A stretch of DNA of 64,000 nt from positions 1 to 64,000 of IMG/VR virus record IMGVR_UViG_3300016476_001273. One strand, given 5' to 3'. A model generated the notes under the pieces. It was not told the DNA's origin and did no database searches. It was given only the letters and a program-made list of their open reading frames with translations. This document shows positions 49,301-58,740 of the stretch, one piece after another; position 1 is the stretch's first letter, and every line of letters starts with the position of its first letter. Source of the DNA: a virus. The position numbers and the translations under genes are program-made.

Positions 49301-51298
49301 AGGATTAGAAAAATGTGTATCTGGAGAATGAAATGTGTATTTATTAGATGCTTTAAATCTTAAATTAAATGCTAAACTTATATCTACATTAGTATTATCT
49401 ATTGTTACTTTTCCTTTTTCATATTCTATTAATGTAGAATCTTCTCTTAAATCATTTAAAGGAAAATTAGGATAAAAATATGTTTGATTATCTTTTTTAT
49501 AATTCCATACATCATACAATAATCCTCTAGCAACAATAGTTTCATTTCCTACTCTATTTCCTCTAACAATCTCATAACCTTCTATACTATCAAACTCCTC
49601 TTTAGTTATAATATTTTCATTTAAACATTCTAAAAGAATTTGATATATTGATACATTATCTTTAAGCTTAACACCTAAAGGAAATATATAATTTTCAGAA
49701 TCAAATGTATTTTTTTTATCGTGAATATGTGTAATTACACTATCGGGGAATTTATGATGACGAATAGGAGTATTTGATAATTCTCCATAAACATCAGGAA
49801 TATTTGGATAAAGTTCAGATGATTCCCAATAAGAAAATTCTCCCTCTTGATAAATCTTTGGAGAACATTTATCATATATTAAACTATATATTTTAGTAAT
49901 ATAAGCTGTATTATACAGTTCCCATTTTTCTATTTTATATTTAGTTTTACAAGAATCAATTGTTCTGTCAAAATTTACAATATCTAATAACTCAATATCT
50001 AATGGTTGTTTTTTCCTTGAGGGAATAATTCCTACACTACTATATTCTCCTCTTGTAAAAAATAATCTTAACCCCATTGCATAAACTTCATCTCTCGAAT
50101 AACTGCGGTATTTAGAAGCTATTTCAGGATTAGCATAATCTCCTTCTTTTAAACAAACTGTAAACCAATTTAATTTACCACTTAATTTATTAGCTATTTT
50201 TTGAATATTGATTCTACTAAATTCTTTTAAATCAGCTTTAAATAAATAATCATTTGCTATAGCTATATTTCCACTATTTTGATAAAATATATTTTTAGCA
50301 AAAACATCTTGTTCTGATAAAGTTATTTTTTTATCTAAACTTGTACAAACATACGACAATTGTTCTTTATTAACAGGTAGAGTTTGTACTAATTTATATG
50401 TTGTTGTACCTCTTAATGTATGGGCTACAACAATATTTAAATATTTATATTTAGAATTAACATTTAATGAAGAAACATCTATCCTTAAAGAAACATTAGT
50501 TTCGTAATCAACTTCTTCAGTTACTTTTTTAGTAAAAACAGGAATTGGAAAAGAAGAATTAAAATAACTTGTTATAGATTGTCCTTTACTTGTAGAATAA
50601 GCAACCAATACTTGATAAACTCCTGAATTTAATTTACCTCCATTTTCTAATGATGTAACTATTTTTGGAGCTTTTATTTTTCCATACCATTTAATTTTAT
50701 CGCAATCAATGTTTTTATTATAAATAGGAAGAAGATTTTCGTCATAACCGTCTATTTGATAAAATTCTTTTTCTACTTCTAATGTTTCAGAGTTTAAATA
50801 AACATATCTATCTTCATTGATTCCGTCTGCAAAATATATATTAATAGAACAATCTGTTAATTTATATACTATTTGTTGAGAAACATTAAAATTAAAACAA
50901 GGCGAAGATTCTATTGTAGTTAGTTTAAATAAATCTTTTTGTTGTATTTGTTCTAAAGGTGTTTGAGTAGTAGCATTAAAACAATCTTTACAATCTGCAA
51001 ATTCCCAATTAGAATTTATATCTAACCCGTTTACATTTTTAATATATTTAATGTAAGAATTAGTTTTATCTGATGTAAAAAATAAAAATAAATTCTTTTC
51101 TAATATATGTAATTTTCCATAGACTTTTTCATTTTCCTTAAATGTAGAAATAAGATAATTTGAAGGAGTATTTCCTAATAAATAATTTTTCCCATCAAAA
51201 TCTTCTACTGTAGCGTTTAAAGCATAAGTATAACTATTACCATCTAAATTAATTTCGTCTACATCTTTATTTATATTATTTGCGATATTTAACTGCAT
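46319..51298 (-). CDS. Tail stabilisation / muzzle protein (P22 gp10-like, crAss-like)
   Basis: 1659 aa. YTYALNA, YRSYSRDEVYAMG, PIRHHKFPD, FGGDKFI, GYFGSQH, FTISYN...WISFHSF motifs. Follows the tubular protein gene. Confidence 0.8.
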   Translation of the reverse strand: MQLNIANNINKDVDEINLDGNSYTYALNATVEDFDGKNYLLGNTPSNYLISTFKENEKVYGKLHILEKNLFLFFTSDKTNSYIKYIKNVNGLDINSNWEFADCKDCFNATTQTPLEQIQQKDLFKLTTIESSPCFNFNVSQQIVYKLTDCSINIYFADGINEDRYVYLNSETLEVEKEFYQIDGYDENLLPIYNKNIDCDKIKWYGKIKAPKIVTSLENGGKLNSGVYQVLVAYSTSKGQSITSYFNSSFPIPVFTKKVTEEVDYETNVSLRIDVSSLNVNSKYKYLNIVVAHTLRGTTTYKLVQTLPVNKEQLSYVCTSLDKKITLSEQDVFAKNIFYQNSGNIAIANDYLFKADLKEFSRINIQKIANKLSGKLNWFTVCLKEGDYANPEIASKYRSYSRDEVYAMGLRLFFTRGEYSSVGIIPSRKKQPLDIELLDIVNFDRTIDSCKTKYKIEKWELYNTAYITKIYSLIYDKCSPKIYQEGEFSYWESSELYPNIPDVYGELSNTPIRHHKFPDSVITHIHDKKNTFDSENYIFPLGVKLKDNVSIYQILLECLNENIITKEEFDSIEGYEIVRGNRVGNETIVARGLLYDVWNYKKDNQTYFYPNFPLNDLREDSTLIEYEKGKVTIDNTNVDISLAFNLRFKASNKYTFHSPDTHFSNPTLGNVLKLETEEFGKSRGYFNKCENQAELKLLSKEQYDLAIVLGTILGELVEFKDGATGQAQTIGQSIGSVAGGIAGSAIAPGVGTSIGTAVGGLIGSVAGGLIGGAISKNDDLEQFWRANTIISQIEKILQLFKLLANYENYHWQYQTVGKYTNYNAVLNKGEKIRVIDTGLYLDSDRLSIPLNNKDSITQSNSILFNNWLRESSVFLQVETKLPNPSSVIENSKTTISQIDCDYNENDIIERDIISYYATIKNERINQYGNVFDINWIPTDGITRNTRELFSLFGGDKFIGRFALKRKHSYFTRTLFNLPRDSDIWYSDYPNIAFPKYYFDTTYKGYRHSSLNLGGNPLIDTIVTMLITGVNPREIIETTQQSKTRLKWWLLAIPGGNIWAINDYANNRYNFYKYLKYIGGFFRSTLLDPYSFFKVPDYSLDCEIKNFDKNSKLFSTRPLQGKIYLYSYGIPYFICESDYNLDLRYAKNTEEKDFYPRQQDLDWWLQEKNISPRWDNFYYYNNDYSKQNREEVITTYDINYTPKENCKIEHSNRIIYSLQGSDIENNDFKDNYLYNLALDYKDFDYKNGKLTSIKQIENDKILVQFENDSKLFSAYQTLETNLNTIIVGNGGIFRNRPLEFSKPDLGYFGSQHKTSISTEFGHITVDSKRGAVFLLASSGNGLQELSRGKMKSWFRTHLPFTINKYFDINIDNNYEGIGISLGYDRRFNTFYLTKLDYQPVNSEIKYTNNKFYYKGEEISILDTRYFCNKSFTISYNFFKKDWISFHSFTPNYYIDGVNYYFTGLNSIIKNYNSSIWIHNFSNKSYQVYYGKLFPFIVETISKYSAKFEKLNNISFEADKIRVHNEFDKFIDINNSPFNNAIVYNENSNSGILNLIDYNKENILIPEYSLSKTKININSKKGIYFFNQFKNNLSSNTNNIPAFIQGCNGVSSYLNVAAFNVVDNNINKHIEGNQFKVRLINDKESNYKITHKLTILNGGYL

Positions 51299-52211
51299 CT
51301 GTAAAATTATTAAAGCTTGCTGTAACTAAATAAGGATTATACCACCAACTATTCATTCTTCTTACTTCAGGAGTAATATATTTATGATTTTTAGTTTGAT
51401 TTTTATAAGCATAATCAATCATACTTTTCCAAGAAGGAAGATGTAAATGAGTTTTTGCTACATTAAATTTTTCATCATTTTTTAATTGAGCATATTGCAA
51501 TCTTTGTAGTACATTCTCTTCTCCTGATATAAATTTTTTTTCTAACTCTTTATATATAATATAGTATTCAATTGCTTCTTCAATTCTTATATCATCTGGA
51601 ATCATTGGTAATCCGTCTTCATCTTTTGGAAAAGCAAAATATTGTATTAATACTGTTCCTTCTTTAAAATTAAATGTTGCTGTATTTTCTTTTAAATGAA
51701 ATTCATTTTCATTTTCACAATTTTTATTTAAACACCCTTCAACACAAAAACCATTTTTTTTATTTACTAACTTTAAAAGTTGAACATCTTCATAATATTC
51801 TCTTTCTTCTAACTCTTCTCCTACAAATACATCTCTCATTATTACATTAGGTGTTCCTGTAGGAATTAGATTTGAACTAAAATAACCCTCGTTTGTATTT
51901 TTTAAACAAGTATCTTCATAATAAAAAATTAACTTATCTTGTTGATGTTCTCTATAAATAGTCTTTGTTTCATTTTTTCCTTTTGCTTTCCATAAAGCCC
52001 ATAAACTAGAAAAATCATCAGGAAGATAACATTTATAATTATCTACTGCTAATACAGTTTCAGCTAAACTAGTACCTTCCACATTTAATCTTTTTAAAAC
52101 TGATTTAGTATAATAATACCAATCATTTTCATCTATATCCGAAGAATTAGTAAATGCTGATAAGTATTTATTTATTCTTGAATAAAGTATTTCACTACTC
52201 CTAAAGTTCAT
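51276..52211 (-). CDS. Tail tubular / ring protein (P22 gp4-like, crAss-like)
   Basis: LPDDF and NFKEGTVLIQYFAFPKDEDGLPMIPDD...EAIEYYI motifs, plus synteny. Confidence 0.75.
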   Translation of the reverse strand: MNFRSSEILYSRINKYLSAFTNSSDIDENDWYYYTKSVLKRLNVEGTSLAETVLAVDNYKCYLPDDFSSLWALWKAKGKNETKTIYREHQQDKLIFYYEDTCLKNTNEGYFSSNLIPTGTPNVIMRDVFVGEELEEREYYEDVQLLKLVNKKNGFCVEGCLNKNCENENEFHLKENTATFNFKEGTVLIQYFAFPKDEDGLPMIPDDIRIEEAIEYYIIYKELEKKFISGEENVLQRLQYAQLKNDEKFNVAKTHLHLPSWKSMIDYAYKNQTKNHKYITPEVRRMNSWWYNPYLVTASFNNFTDAVKYRK

Positions 52212-52635
52212 AATCTTTTTTATTAATATAAGGAATACCCTTATCTGAAAATAAAATATTATATAAAGGTTTTTTTAATGTATCTCTATTTGGTTTAAAT
52301 TTAAAAATCCTAATCATATTATGTTTAGGTTGTCCTTTCCAATGAAACTTAGCTATTAAACCAAAAGTATGAAAATTAAAGACTTCTTTTTTTTCTCCTT
52401 TATCTGTTATTGAATAAAGATTTTCTATTCTTTTATGCGGTTCATCCATTAAAATAATAATTTTACCAAGCCCTCCTAAAATATTAAAACCTAATTTTTC
52501 TAATACATCATGTGTACTAGAAATTAAACAATCTAATATTATATTTTTCCAAACTTGATAAGAAAGTTTACTATTACATTTATTATGAAAATCTTTATTG
52601 ACAGTACCTGTCCCTTTAATTATTGATTTTCTCAT
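52201..52635 (-). CDS. IHF/HU-like protein of the crAss-like tail cluster
   Basis: 144 aa, basic. GLGKI...FHW...FKFKPNR pattern. Sits between two ring genes as in crAss-like phages. Confidence 0.6.
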   Translation of the reverse strand: MRKSIIKGTGTVNKDFHNKCNSKLSYQVWKNIILDCLISSTHDVLEKLGFNILGGLGKIIILMDEPHKRIENLYSITDKGEKKEVFNFHTFGLIAKFHWKGQPKHNMIRIFKFKPNRDTLKKPLYNILFSDKGIPYINKKDYEL

Positions 52636-53270
52636 GTTTTATTATTTAGGTTAGTGTTATCATCACTAGTTATTCTTTTATTAAATGTGAATATTTCTTC
52701 TAATGTTAATTTAAATAAATCTTTTTGTAAATATTCAGGTATATTAAACGTCTGGTCAAGAAAAGTTTTTTCATATTCATAATCTTCTTGAAAAAACCCT
52801 CTTACGTTTACAGCATCTAATTCTGTATCTGGTACAACTATTTTATTATTTTCAAACCAATAATATTTTTTTCTTCCTTTAAATTCACCTTTTTTGTATT
52901 GTGCATATTCAAAAGGAGTGCTTAATATCATTTCCTCACTATCGTCTATTCCACTAACATAAATTAAAGGTTTATTATTATAACTATAATAAGGAGAAGG
53001 AAATGTAAATACTGATTCTTTAATAGAAGAACAACTTTTTAAAATTATAGGAGAACAACTCTTAACATTAACATCTTCTAATTCAATACATTCGTATTTA
53101 TTTATATTTGTAAGATTTTGAAATAATTTTTTATTCCTACTATCTTGTTTCATTAATAATTGAGCAACACTATTTAAAACAGAATAAACGTATTGATTAC
53201 TAATACGTTCATCTCGTTTAATACTTTTTAATGAGTTTTTTACTCTTGATATAGCCTCTCTTATAGTCAT
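52632..53270 (-). CDS. crAss-like tail ring/adaptor protein
   Basis: MTIREAISRV...CIELEDV...YYWFENNKI...VNVRGFF pattern and synteny. Confidence 0.65.
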   Translation of the reverse strand: MTIREAISRVKNSLKSIKRDERISNQYVYSVLNSVAQLLMKQDSRNKKLFQNLTNINKYECIELEDVNVKSCSPIILKSCSSIKESVFTFPSPYYSYNNKPLIYVSGIDDSEEMILSTPFEYAQYKKGEFKGRKKYYWFENNKIVVPDTELDAVNVRGFFQEDYEYEKTFLDQTFNIPEYLQKDLFKLTLEEIFTFNKRITSDDNTNLNNKT

Positions 53271-53743
53271 TTAAATCTAATATAAATAATTGTAGCACTA
53301 ATTAATAAAACATTTTCAGCTACGAATCCAAAAATCCATTTTCTTTTTCTTTTATTTTTATTATTTAAATTATTAATTTCTTTTTTCTTATTATCTAAAT
53401 ATAAATTTAAATTATAATTACTATCTGTTAATACTTTATTATTATTTTCTAATATAGAACGCTGAGATTCTAAATTTGAATTAATTATTTTTAATTTTTC
53501 TATACGTAAAGATTGTATTTCTTCTCTTTTTTTCAATTGTCTAACTAATGTATCTAACAAAATATTTTCTTTCTCATAAAGAAGTATTAATGTGTCTTTG
53601 CGAAAATTATCTTCTAATAATTCATATAATACTTTTTCATCAACTGTTCTTGTTTTTTGAGTATATCCTAAGAAGGCTATCAAGTTTAGTAGAACTATAA
53701 GGACTACCAACTTTATATCTATGTTTAAGAATATCTTTCTCAT
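53267..53743 (-). CDS. Spanin-like periplasmic coiled-coil protein
   Basis: N-terminal hydrophobic signal, long coiled coil and C-terminal TM segment. Overlaps the upstream gene by about 100 nt. Confidence 0.5.
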   Translation of the reverse strand: MRKIFLNIDIKLVVLIVLLNLIAFLGYTQKTRTVDEKVLYELLEDNFRKDTLILLYEKENILLDTLVRQLKKREEIQSLRIEKLKIINSNLESQRSILENNNKVLTDSNYNLNLYLDNKKKEINNLNNKNKRKRKWIFGFVAENVLLISATIIYIRFK

Positions 53744-54017
53744 TTTTGATTATATTTATATTAGTAGTTGTTTTTTCTATTTTGTTATCCATTACAGATT
53801 TTAAATCTTCTAATTCTTTTTGTTCTTGCTCAACTTTAAGTTGTTTTTCTTGTAATATTTCTAAATAACTTTTTTGTGCATCATTCAACTGTTGAAGAGC
53901 ATTTTGAATTTTTTCTTGGTCAGTTGTTTTAATTTTATCTTTTATAACATATCCTATAAAAGATAATAAAAGTATAATTACAACTATTTCTTTCCAATAT
54001 TTTTTTAAAGTATTCAT
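53640..54017 (-). CDS. i-spanin-like protein
   Basis: N-terminal TM (IVVIILLLSFIGYVI) plus coiled coil, directly downstream of the endolysin. Confidence 0.55.
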   Translation of the reverse strand: MNTLKKYWKEIVVIILLLSFIGYVIKDKIKTTDQEKIQNALQQLNDAQKSYLEILQEKQLKVEQEQKELEDLKSVMDNKIEKTTTNINIIKNEKDILKHRYKVGSPYSSTKLDSLLRIYSKNKNS

Positions 54018-54030
54018 ATAATAAATTACA

Positions 54031-54561
54031 TTAAAATCCTTTTTCTTTAAACCAATTTAAACATTTTTTATATCTTACTTGTGTGTCAACTAAACCGTTA
54101 TATCCTCCGTTTATTCTTCTTGTAATTTCATTAATATCACCTTTATCAGCTAATTTATTTAATTCTTTCCAATTCCAAAACCATCCGGCAGATTTAGCAG
54201 ACCATTCAATTTCTTTCAATAAATTTGGATTAGCTACAAAATCTTTATTAAATACCTTAGAAAGAGTTGTGTAATTATTTCTACCTGTAATCATTATAAA
54301 ACCTCTTCCTTTATATTTTACTCCATCACCTTTTTGAATATTACCTAAATCCTTACGTCCCTCATAAGCTTCTCCTGAAGCAATTTCTTCTAAAGATGTA
54401 AAAGATAAACATTCATGTCCAGTACGAGCTAAAAAAGCACTTACTCTTAAAGGATTATCAATTTTATAATACTCAAAAATCCAATTAAGCCATCTAACTA
54501 TTTCTTCATTTCTAGGAAAATCTTTAACTAATTGTATATATTCTGACAATGTAAATTCCAT
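54031..54561 (-). CDS. GH19-family endolysin
   Basis: GHE...YEGRKDLGN..GDG.KYKGRG..ITGRNNY...SAGWFW...ITRRINGGYNG. Confidence 0.9.
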   Translation of the reverse strand: MEFTLSEYIQLVKDFPRNEEIVRWLNWIFEYYKIDNPLRVSAFLARTGHECLSFTSLEEIASGEAYEGRKDLGNIQKGDGVKYKGRGFIMITGRNNYTTLSKVFNKDFVANPNLLKEIEWSAKSAGWFWNWKELNKLADKGDINEITRRINGGYNGLVDTQVRYKKCLNWFKEKGF

Positions 54562-54588
54562 AATAAATATTATTTGTTTTTACAAAGT

Positions 54589-54738
54589 TTAAATTTTATT
54601 TACAATTTGTTGTTGTTGTTTCTCCTCTTTTTTATGATTAGAAAATAAGTTATAAAATACTAAAAACAAAATTAATAAAAAAAGAAGAAGTTCCTTATCC
54701 AGATATTTTGTCACCAATTTTTTCCAAGAGCCTTCCAT
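54589..54738 (-). CDS. 49-aa single-TM protein (holin/antiholin candidate)
   Basis: Hand translation MEGSWKKLVTKYLDKELLLFLLILFLVFYNLFSNHKKEEKQQQQIVNKI. Overlaps the end of the upstream gene. Not in the ORF track. Confidence 0.5.
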   Translation of the reverse strand: MEGSWKKLVTKYLDKELLLFLLILFLVFYNLFSNHKKEEKQQQQIVNKI

Positions 54739-55051
54739 AATTTTCTAATGTTTTAGTATTTTCCATAACCACTTGTTTAAACTCAGAAAACATTTCTGTT
54801 TGTTTTACAGAATATTCATAAATTTTAGTATTAAGTTCTTGAATTTGTCTATCTTTTTCTTCTCTAATTTCTTCTAATCTTATTTTTGTATCTTTAGATT
54901 CTTTATATAAAAACCAACAAGCTAATAATAATAATCCAGATATTGTTATCTTTTCAATATTTACAACAGAAATAATATCAGTAGCTTCTGACTGAGAGAA
55001 GCTACTGATTGAAAATAAACTAAGATAAAATGTTAAAAATAGTTTTTTCAT
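54695..55051 (-). CDS. Holin-like membrane protein
   Basis: Signal/TM segment, second TM (ITISGLLLLACWFLY) and coiled coil. First gene of the lysis cassette. Confidence 0.55.
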   Translation of the reverse strand: MKKLFLTFYLSLFSISSFSQSEATDIISVVNIEKITISGLLLLACWFLYKESKDTKIRLEEIREEKDRQIQELNTKIYEYSVKQTEMFSEFKQVVMENTKTLENYGRLLEKIGDKISG

Positions 55052-55109
55052 AACTATTATAAAATAAAAAATATTAAATTTTTATTTTATTAATTTTTTA
55101 AATTAAACT

Positions 55110-56117
55110 TTAAGAACAATTTGCAGTTTCTACTCTTTTACAAACTATATTTTGAGTATCAGAGTTATCTAAAACGTAACCAGAAGGACAAGAGTATTTA
55201 GAGCAAAACCCTTCTCCATATTTAGGAGAACCTACTCTATAATCTCCTGTAGTAAAAAGTATATTTAAATTAGATTCACTTGTAGCTGTTGATAGTTGAG
55301 ATACATTATTATCATATATTTCAGCAGCAAATGCTCCTTCAGAAATAACATTAGTATTTGTCATTTCAATGATATTTGTTCCTGCTTGTAGTTGTACAGG
55401 ATATATATTCCAATACCAAAAATTAGCATAAGGGGGTGACATTATTTGAACCTGTTGTAAAATTGTATTTCCATTTACTCTAATACTACAATAATCATCT
55501 CCTGCTATTCCTATGTAATAAGTTTTACTAAAAGAAATATTCATAGTGTAACAATATGAAAGAGTTCCTATATAAGCAGAGTTATTGCTATTTATAGCCC
55601 ATGTTCCTTTTAAGTTCAACCTACCTCCAGTAGATTGATTACCAGCCCAAAAAACTCTTACTGGGTCAGTAGTTGCACTTGCTATATAATCCAAACTATT
55701 TGTACCGTTTGTAGGACTACCATCTAAGTTATATTGTCCAACTTTAAAAATTCTTACTCCACTAGTACCATAAGCTGTGCTGGTACTTCCATTTGTAGGA
55801 GTAATACCTTGTTGTGTTATTGTAGGTGATGTTGTTAATATTCTAACACAATAAGTTCCGTCAACACTTACAGAATAACCAGAAGGACAATTACATGAAA
55901 GACAATTAAGTGAATTATCACTACTTATGTAAGTTACACATCCCTCTTTTTCTATAACAGCATAATAACTTTGACCATTTATGTGATTAAATGTCCCAGA
56001 ATAATCTGCATTAAAAGTAATGTCTGTAAAAATAGGGGTACTGTTCCCTACTTGATAAACTTTTATCGTATAAGGAGCAGTACCACCTGAAATACCATTT
56101 ATATTAATTTGAGCCAT
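55110..56117 (-). CDS. Cys-rich virion surface protein with PA14-like carbohydrate-binding domain
   Basis: GIAGDDYCSIRVNG...VQLQAGTNIIE (PA14-like DD motif) flanked by two CPSGY...C segments. SprB-like SGGTAPYT at the N-terminus. Confidence 0.55.
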   Translation of the reverse strand: MAQININGISGGTAPYTIKVYQVGNSTPIFTDITFNADYSGTFNHINGQSYYAVIEKEGCVTYISSDNSLNCLSCNCPSGYSVSVDGTYCVRILTTSPTITQQGITPTNGSTSTAYGTSGVRIFKVGQYNLDGSPTNGTNSLDYIASATTDPVRVFWAGNQSTGGRLNLKGTWAINSNNSAYIGTLSYCYTMNISFSKTYYIGIAGDDYCSIRVNGNTILQQVQIMSPPYANFWYWNIYPVQLQAGTNIIEMTNTNVISEGAFAAEIYDNNVSQLSTATSESNLNILFTTGDYRVGSPKYGEGFCSKYSCPSGYVLDNSDTQNIVCKRVETANCS

Positions 56118-56120
56118 ATA

Positions 56121-56663
56121 TTATGAGCAAGCATTTACACCAGTTACAGATAAAGCTAAAGTACAAGGTACGTTTTGTGTAGTAAGAGAACAAGTAACAG
56201 GTGAATTTCTACCACATTCATCTGTAATTGTTGCTGTAACTACATAATTTCCTGCTGTAGGAAAATTAAAAGTGGCGTCTAATGTATTTTGTCCTGAAAC
56301 AAGACTTGCTCCTGCACTAACACTCCAAGTAACTGCAATCGGGCCATCAAATCCTGAAAGATTAAATGTTCTAGTACCAACATTAATAACTCCAGAAGGA
56401 CAATTTAAAGAACCTCCTGTTGTAGGACAACAGTGATTAAAATTAATAGAAGAATTACCACACCCTGATTTAGATATTTCTAATACCATTGTATGAGAAA
56501 CTCCTTTATTTAGTCCGGTAGCATTATAATTTTCTACATTAGCTCCTACTTGTGTTGCTTGACATGTAGTACATCTTTCTGTTGACTCTCCTGATTTTTT
56601 TACTGATACAGCAAAAGGAGGAGTACCATTAGTTGCTGTTACATTATAACTTATACTTGGCAT
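56121..56663 (-). CDS. Cys-rich Ig/PKD-like virion protein (paralog of the next gene)
   Basis: SVKKSGESTERC...LNKGVSH...CCPTTGGS and FPTAGNYVVTATITDECG. Confidence 0.55.
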   Translation of the reverse strand: MPSISYNVTATNGTPPFAVSVKKSGESTERCTTCQATQVGANVENYNATGLNKGVSHTMVLEISKSGCGNSSINFNHCCPTTGGSLNCPSGVINVGTRTFNLSGFDGPIAVTWSVSAGASLVSGQNTLDATFNFPTAGNYVVTATITDECGRNSPVTCSLTTQNVPCTLALSVTGVNACS

Positions 56664-56687
56664 TTTTTATTTTATTTTAAATTTTTA

Positions 56688-57230
56688 TTAACATGTTATT
56701 GAAGTACTTCCTACAGTTATTATACAACCAGTAGTTTGGGGATTTATACTAATACAAATGCTTCTAGGTTCATTACAAGATAAAATATTGTAACATAATG
56801 TAAAAGGTTGATTTCCAACATTTATATTAGCTACACCTTCAGAAGGAGTACCATTAAAATAAGCATTTCCTCCAGAAATAGAAAACCCTCCGTTACTACC
56901 AAATTCAGAATATATTCCATCTATCCCACTTACAGTAAAGCTTTGTTGAGTATTTTGTTCAGGAGTAAGTCCCCCTAATATACTTCCCCCTGTTGCAGGA
57001 CAACATATATTTTGATTACTACTATCACTACAAGCTCCTTCTGATAAAACCAGATTAATAGAGTGAGTTACACCTTTTTGTAAGTCAGAATTATTGAAAT
57101 TAGATACATGACTTCCATTACCCATACCTGAGCAATTACTTTGACATCTTTCTGTTCCGTCTCCACTTTTTTTAATACTTACATTTACACCTCCATTACT
57201 ACCCGCTATAGTATAACTTATTTGAGCCAT
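56688..57230 (-). CDS. Cys-rich Ig-like virion protein (paralog of the previous gene)
   Basis: SIKKSGDGTERC...LQKGVTH...CCPATGGS. Same length, 180 aa. Confidence 0.55.
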   Translation of the reverse strand: MAQISYTIAGSNGGVNVSIKKSGDGTERCQSNCSGMGNGSHVSNFNNSDLQKGVTHSINLVLSEGACSDSSNQNICCPATGGSILGGLTPEQNTQQSFTVSGIDGIYSEFGSNGGFSISGGNAYFNGTPSEGVANINVGNQPFTLCYNILSCNEPRSICISINPQTTGCIITVGSTSITC

Positions 57231-57231
57231 A

Positions 57232-58728
57232 TTAACAATTTACATTTGGATTATCTACATCTAATTCACAACAATTTGAAAAAACATTAACAGTTACACA
57301 GCTAGATGCACAAAATTCAGAGGTATAATATTTTATATAATAAGTACCAATTGCTAAATTAGTTATAGTGTGTGTAGTTCCTGTTACCATTTGACCACTA
57401 CTCCATGTATTATTATTACAATTTGTTGAGTAGCTTATTCTATTTACATTAACTAAATTTGAAAATGTTAAAGAAGCATTTGAATTTGGTATGCCGTTTG
57501 TACAAGTTGCGTTAGATACACTAGGGATATTAGCACTAATTGGTAAACAACCACAAGTAGTACTTGTTAATACAGAAGCAAATTCTTTAGGAGAACAACT
57601 AGAATTTTGTGGCTTAATTCTTATCAAATAGCTTCCAGCACTTAACCCTATAAATTTATGAGAATTACTTGTGCTACCTAAACCATTTAATGCTACATAC
57701 GCACCACCATTAATAGATATTTGAGTACCATTAACAATATTATTAACTATTATTTGACCATTAGCTTGTAAAATATTTTCAGAACAAGAAGGATTAATAG
57801 ATGTAACATTAGCTGATACAGTAGGACAATTTACACTATTATTTATAATAACCGTATTAGAATTAGCACTATTACAATTATTTGTACATTTAGCATAATA
57901 TGAACCAGCACTTACTGCTTTAGTTTGTCCTGTACCTATTAATTGATTTTGTGAATTATACCAAGACAAAGTACCGTTACAATTGTTAGCAGTCAAAAGA
58001 ATTGTTTCTCCTACATTTACTGTTCCTGAATTAGGAATTATATTAGGTGTAGTTGCTAGAGGTGTACATCCACAATCTGAAGCATAAGAAATATTTATTT
58101 CATTACTATTTTCAAATCCACATGTGGTAGTATTTTTTACATAATAAGTACCACTTTGTTCTGTTAAAATAAGAGAAAAAGTATTAGCATTATTAATAGG
58201 TACACCGTTTCTAAACCATTGTAAACTTCCATTATAATTAGATGCTACAATTGTTATAGAACTTTCTCCACAATAACTAGAATTATTAGATATAATATTA
58301 GGTTTTAATGCTTTAGGAGTACATTCTATTTCTCCTGTAGTACATCCTATTTGTGATAATTTAGAACATAAACAATTATAATCAATATCTATTTTTAATT
58401 TTTCTAATTCTATAGATTTTATTAAACAGTCCCCTAATACTATTTTATCCCATAAATATCCAGCTTTATCTTCTCCGTTTACACTTACTTTTTCATCTTT
58501 AAATTGATTAGATATTCCACATAATTCTTTATCCCAAATTTCTAAAATTTCTTCTACAGAAGTATTAGGAGAAATATCAGTTATACATGTAAGATTAGAT
58601 TCTTCTTGATTGTGTTTATATATAACACATTTACTGTCAAGTTTTTCTTCACAAAATCCATCCGTACAATATTCTAAACTTATATGTCCACAATCTTCAC
58701 AATTATTATTTTGACAATTATTGCACAT
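57232..58728 (-). CDS. Cys-rich protein with tandem Ig-like and SprB-like repeats
   Basis: LQWFRNG...SGTYYV and LSWYN...AGSYYAKC Ig modules. GLSAGSY and NLAIGTY SprB-like modules. Confidence 0.6.
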   Translation of the reverse strand: MCNNCQNNNCEDCGHISLEYCTDGFCEEKLDSKCVIYKHNQEESNLTCITDISPNTSVEEILEIWDKELCGISNQFKDEKVSVNGEDKAGYLWDKIVLGDCLIKSIELEKLKIDIDYNCLCSKLSQIGCTTGEIECTPKALKPNIISNNSSYCGESSITIVASNYNGSLQWFRNGVPINNANTFSLILTEQSGTYYVKNTTTCGFENSNEINISYASDCGCTPLATTPNIIPNSGTVNVGETILLTANNCNGTLSWYNSQNQLIGTGQTKAVSAGSYYAKCTNNCNSANSNTVIINNSVNCPTVSANVTSINPSCSENILQANGQIIVNNIVNGTQISINGGAYVALNGLGSTSNSHKFIGLSAGSYLIRIKPQNSSCSPKEFASVLTSTTCGCLPISANIPSVSNATCTNGIPNSNASLTFSNLVNVNRISYSTNCNNNTWSSGQMVTGTTHTITNLAIGTYYIKYYTSEFCASSCVTVNVFSNCCELDVDNPNVNC

Positions 58729-58740
58729 TATTTAAATTTT

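Noticed and set aside
4788-55109. Shared phage late-promoter motif in minus-strand intergenic gaps (4788-4871, 37592-37663, 44058-44130, 55052-55109)
   Set aside because: The gaps are nearly pure A/T and I could not distinguish a motif from background by eye. A MEME-type search with an AT-matched background is needed.
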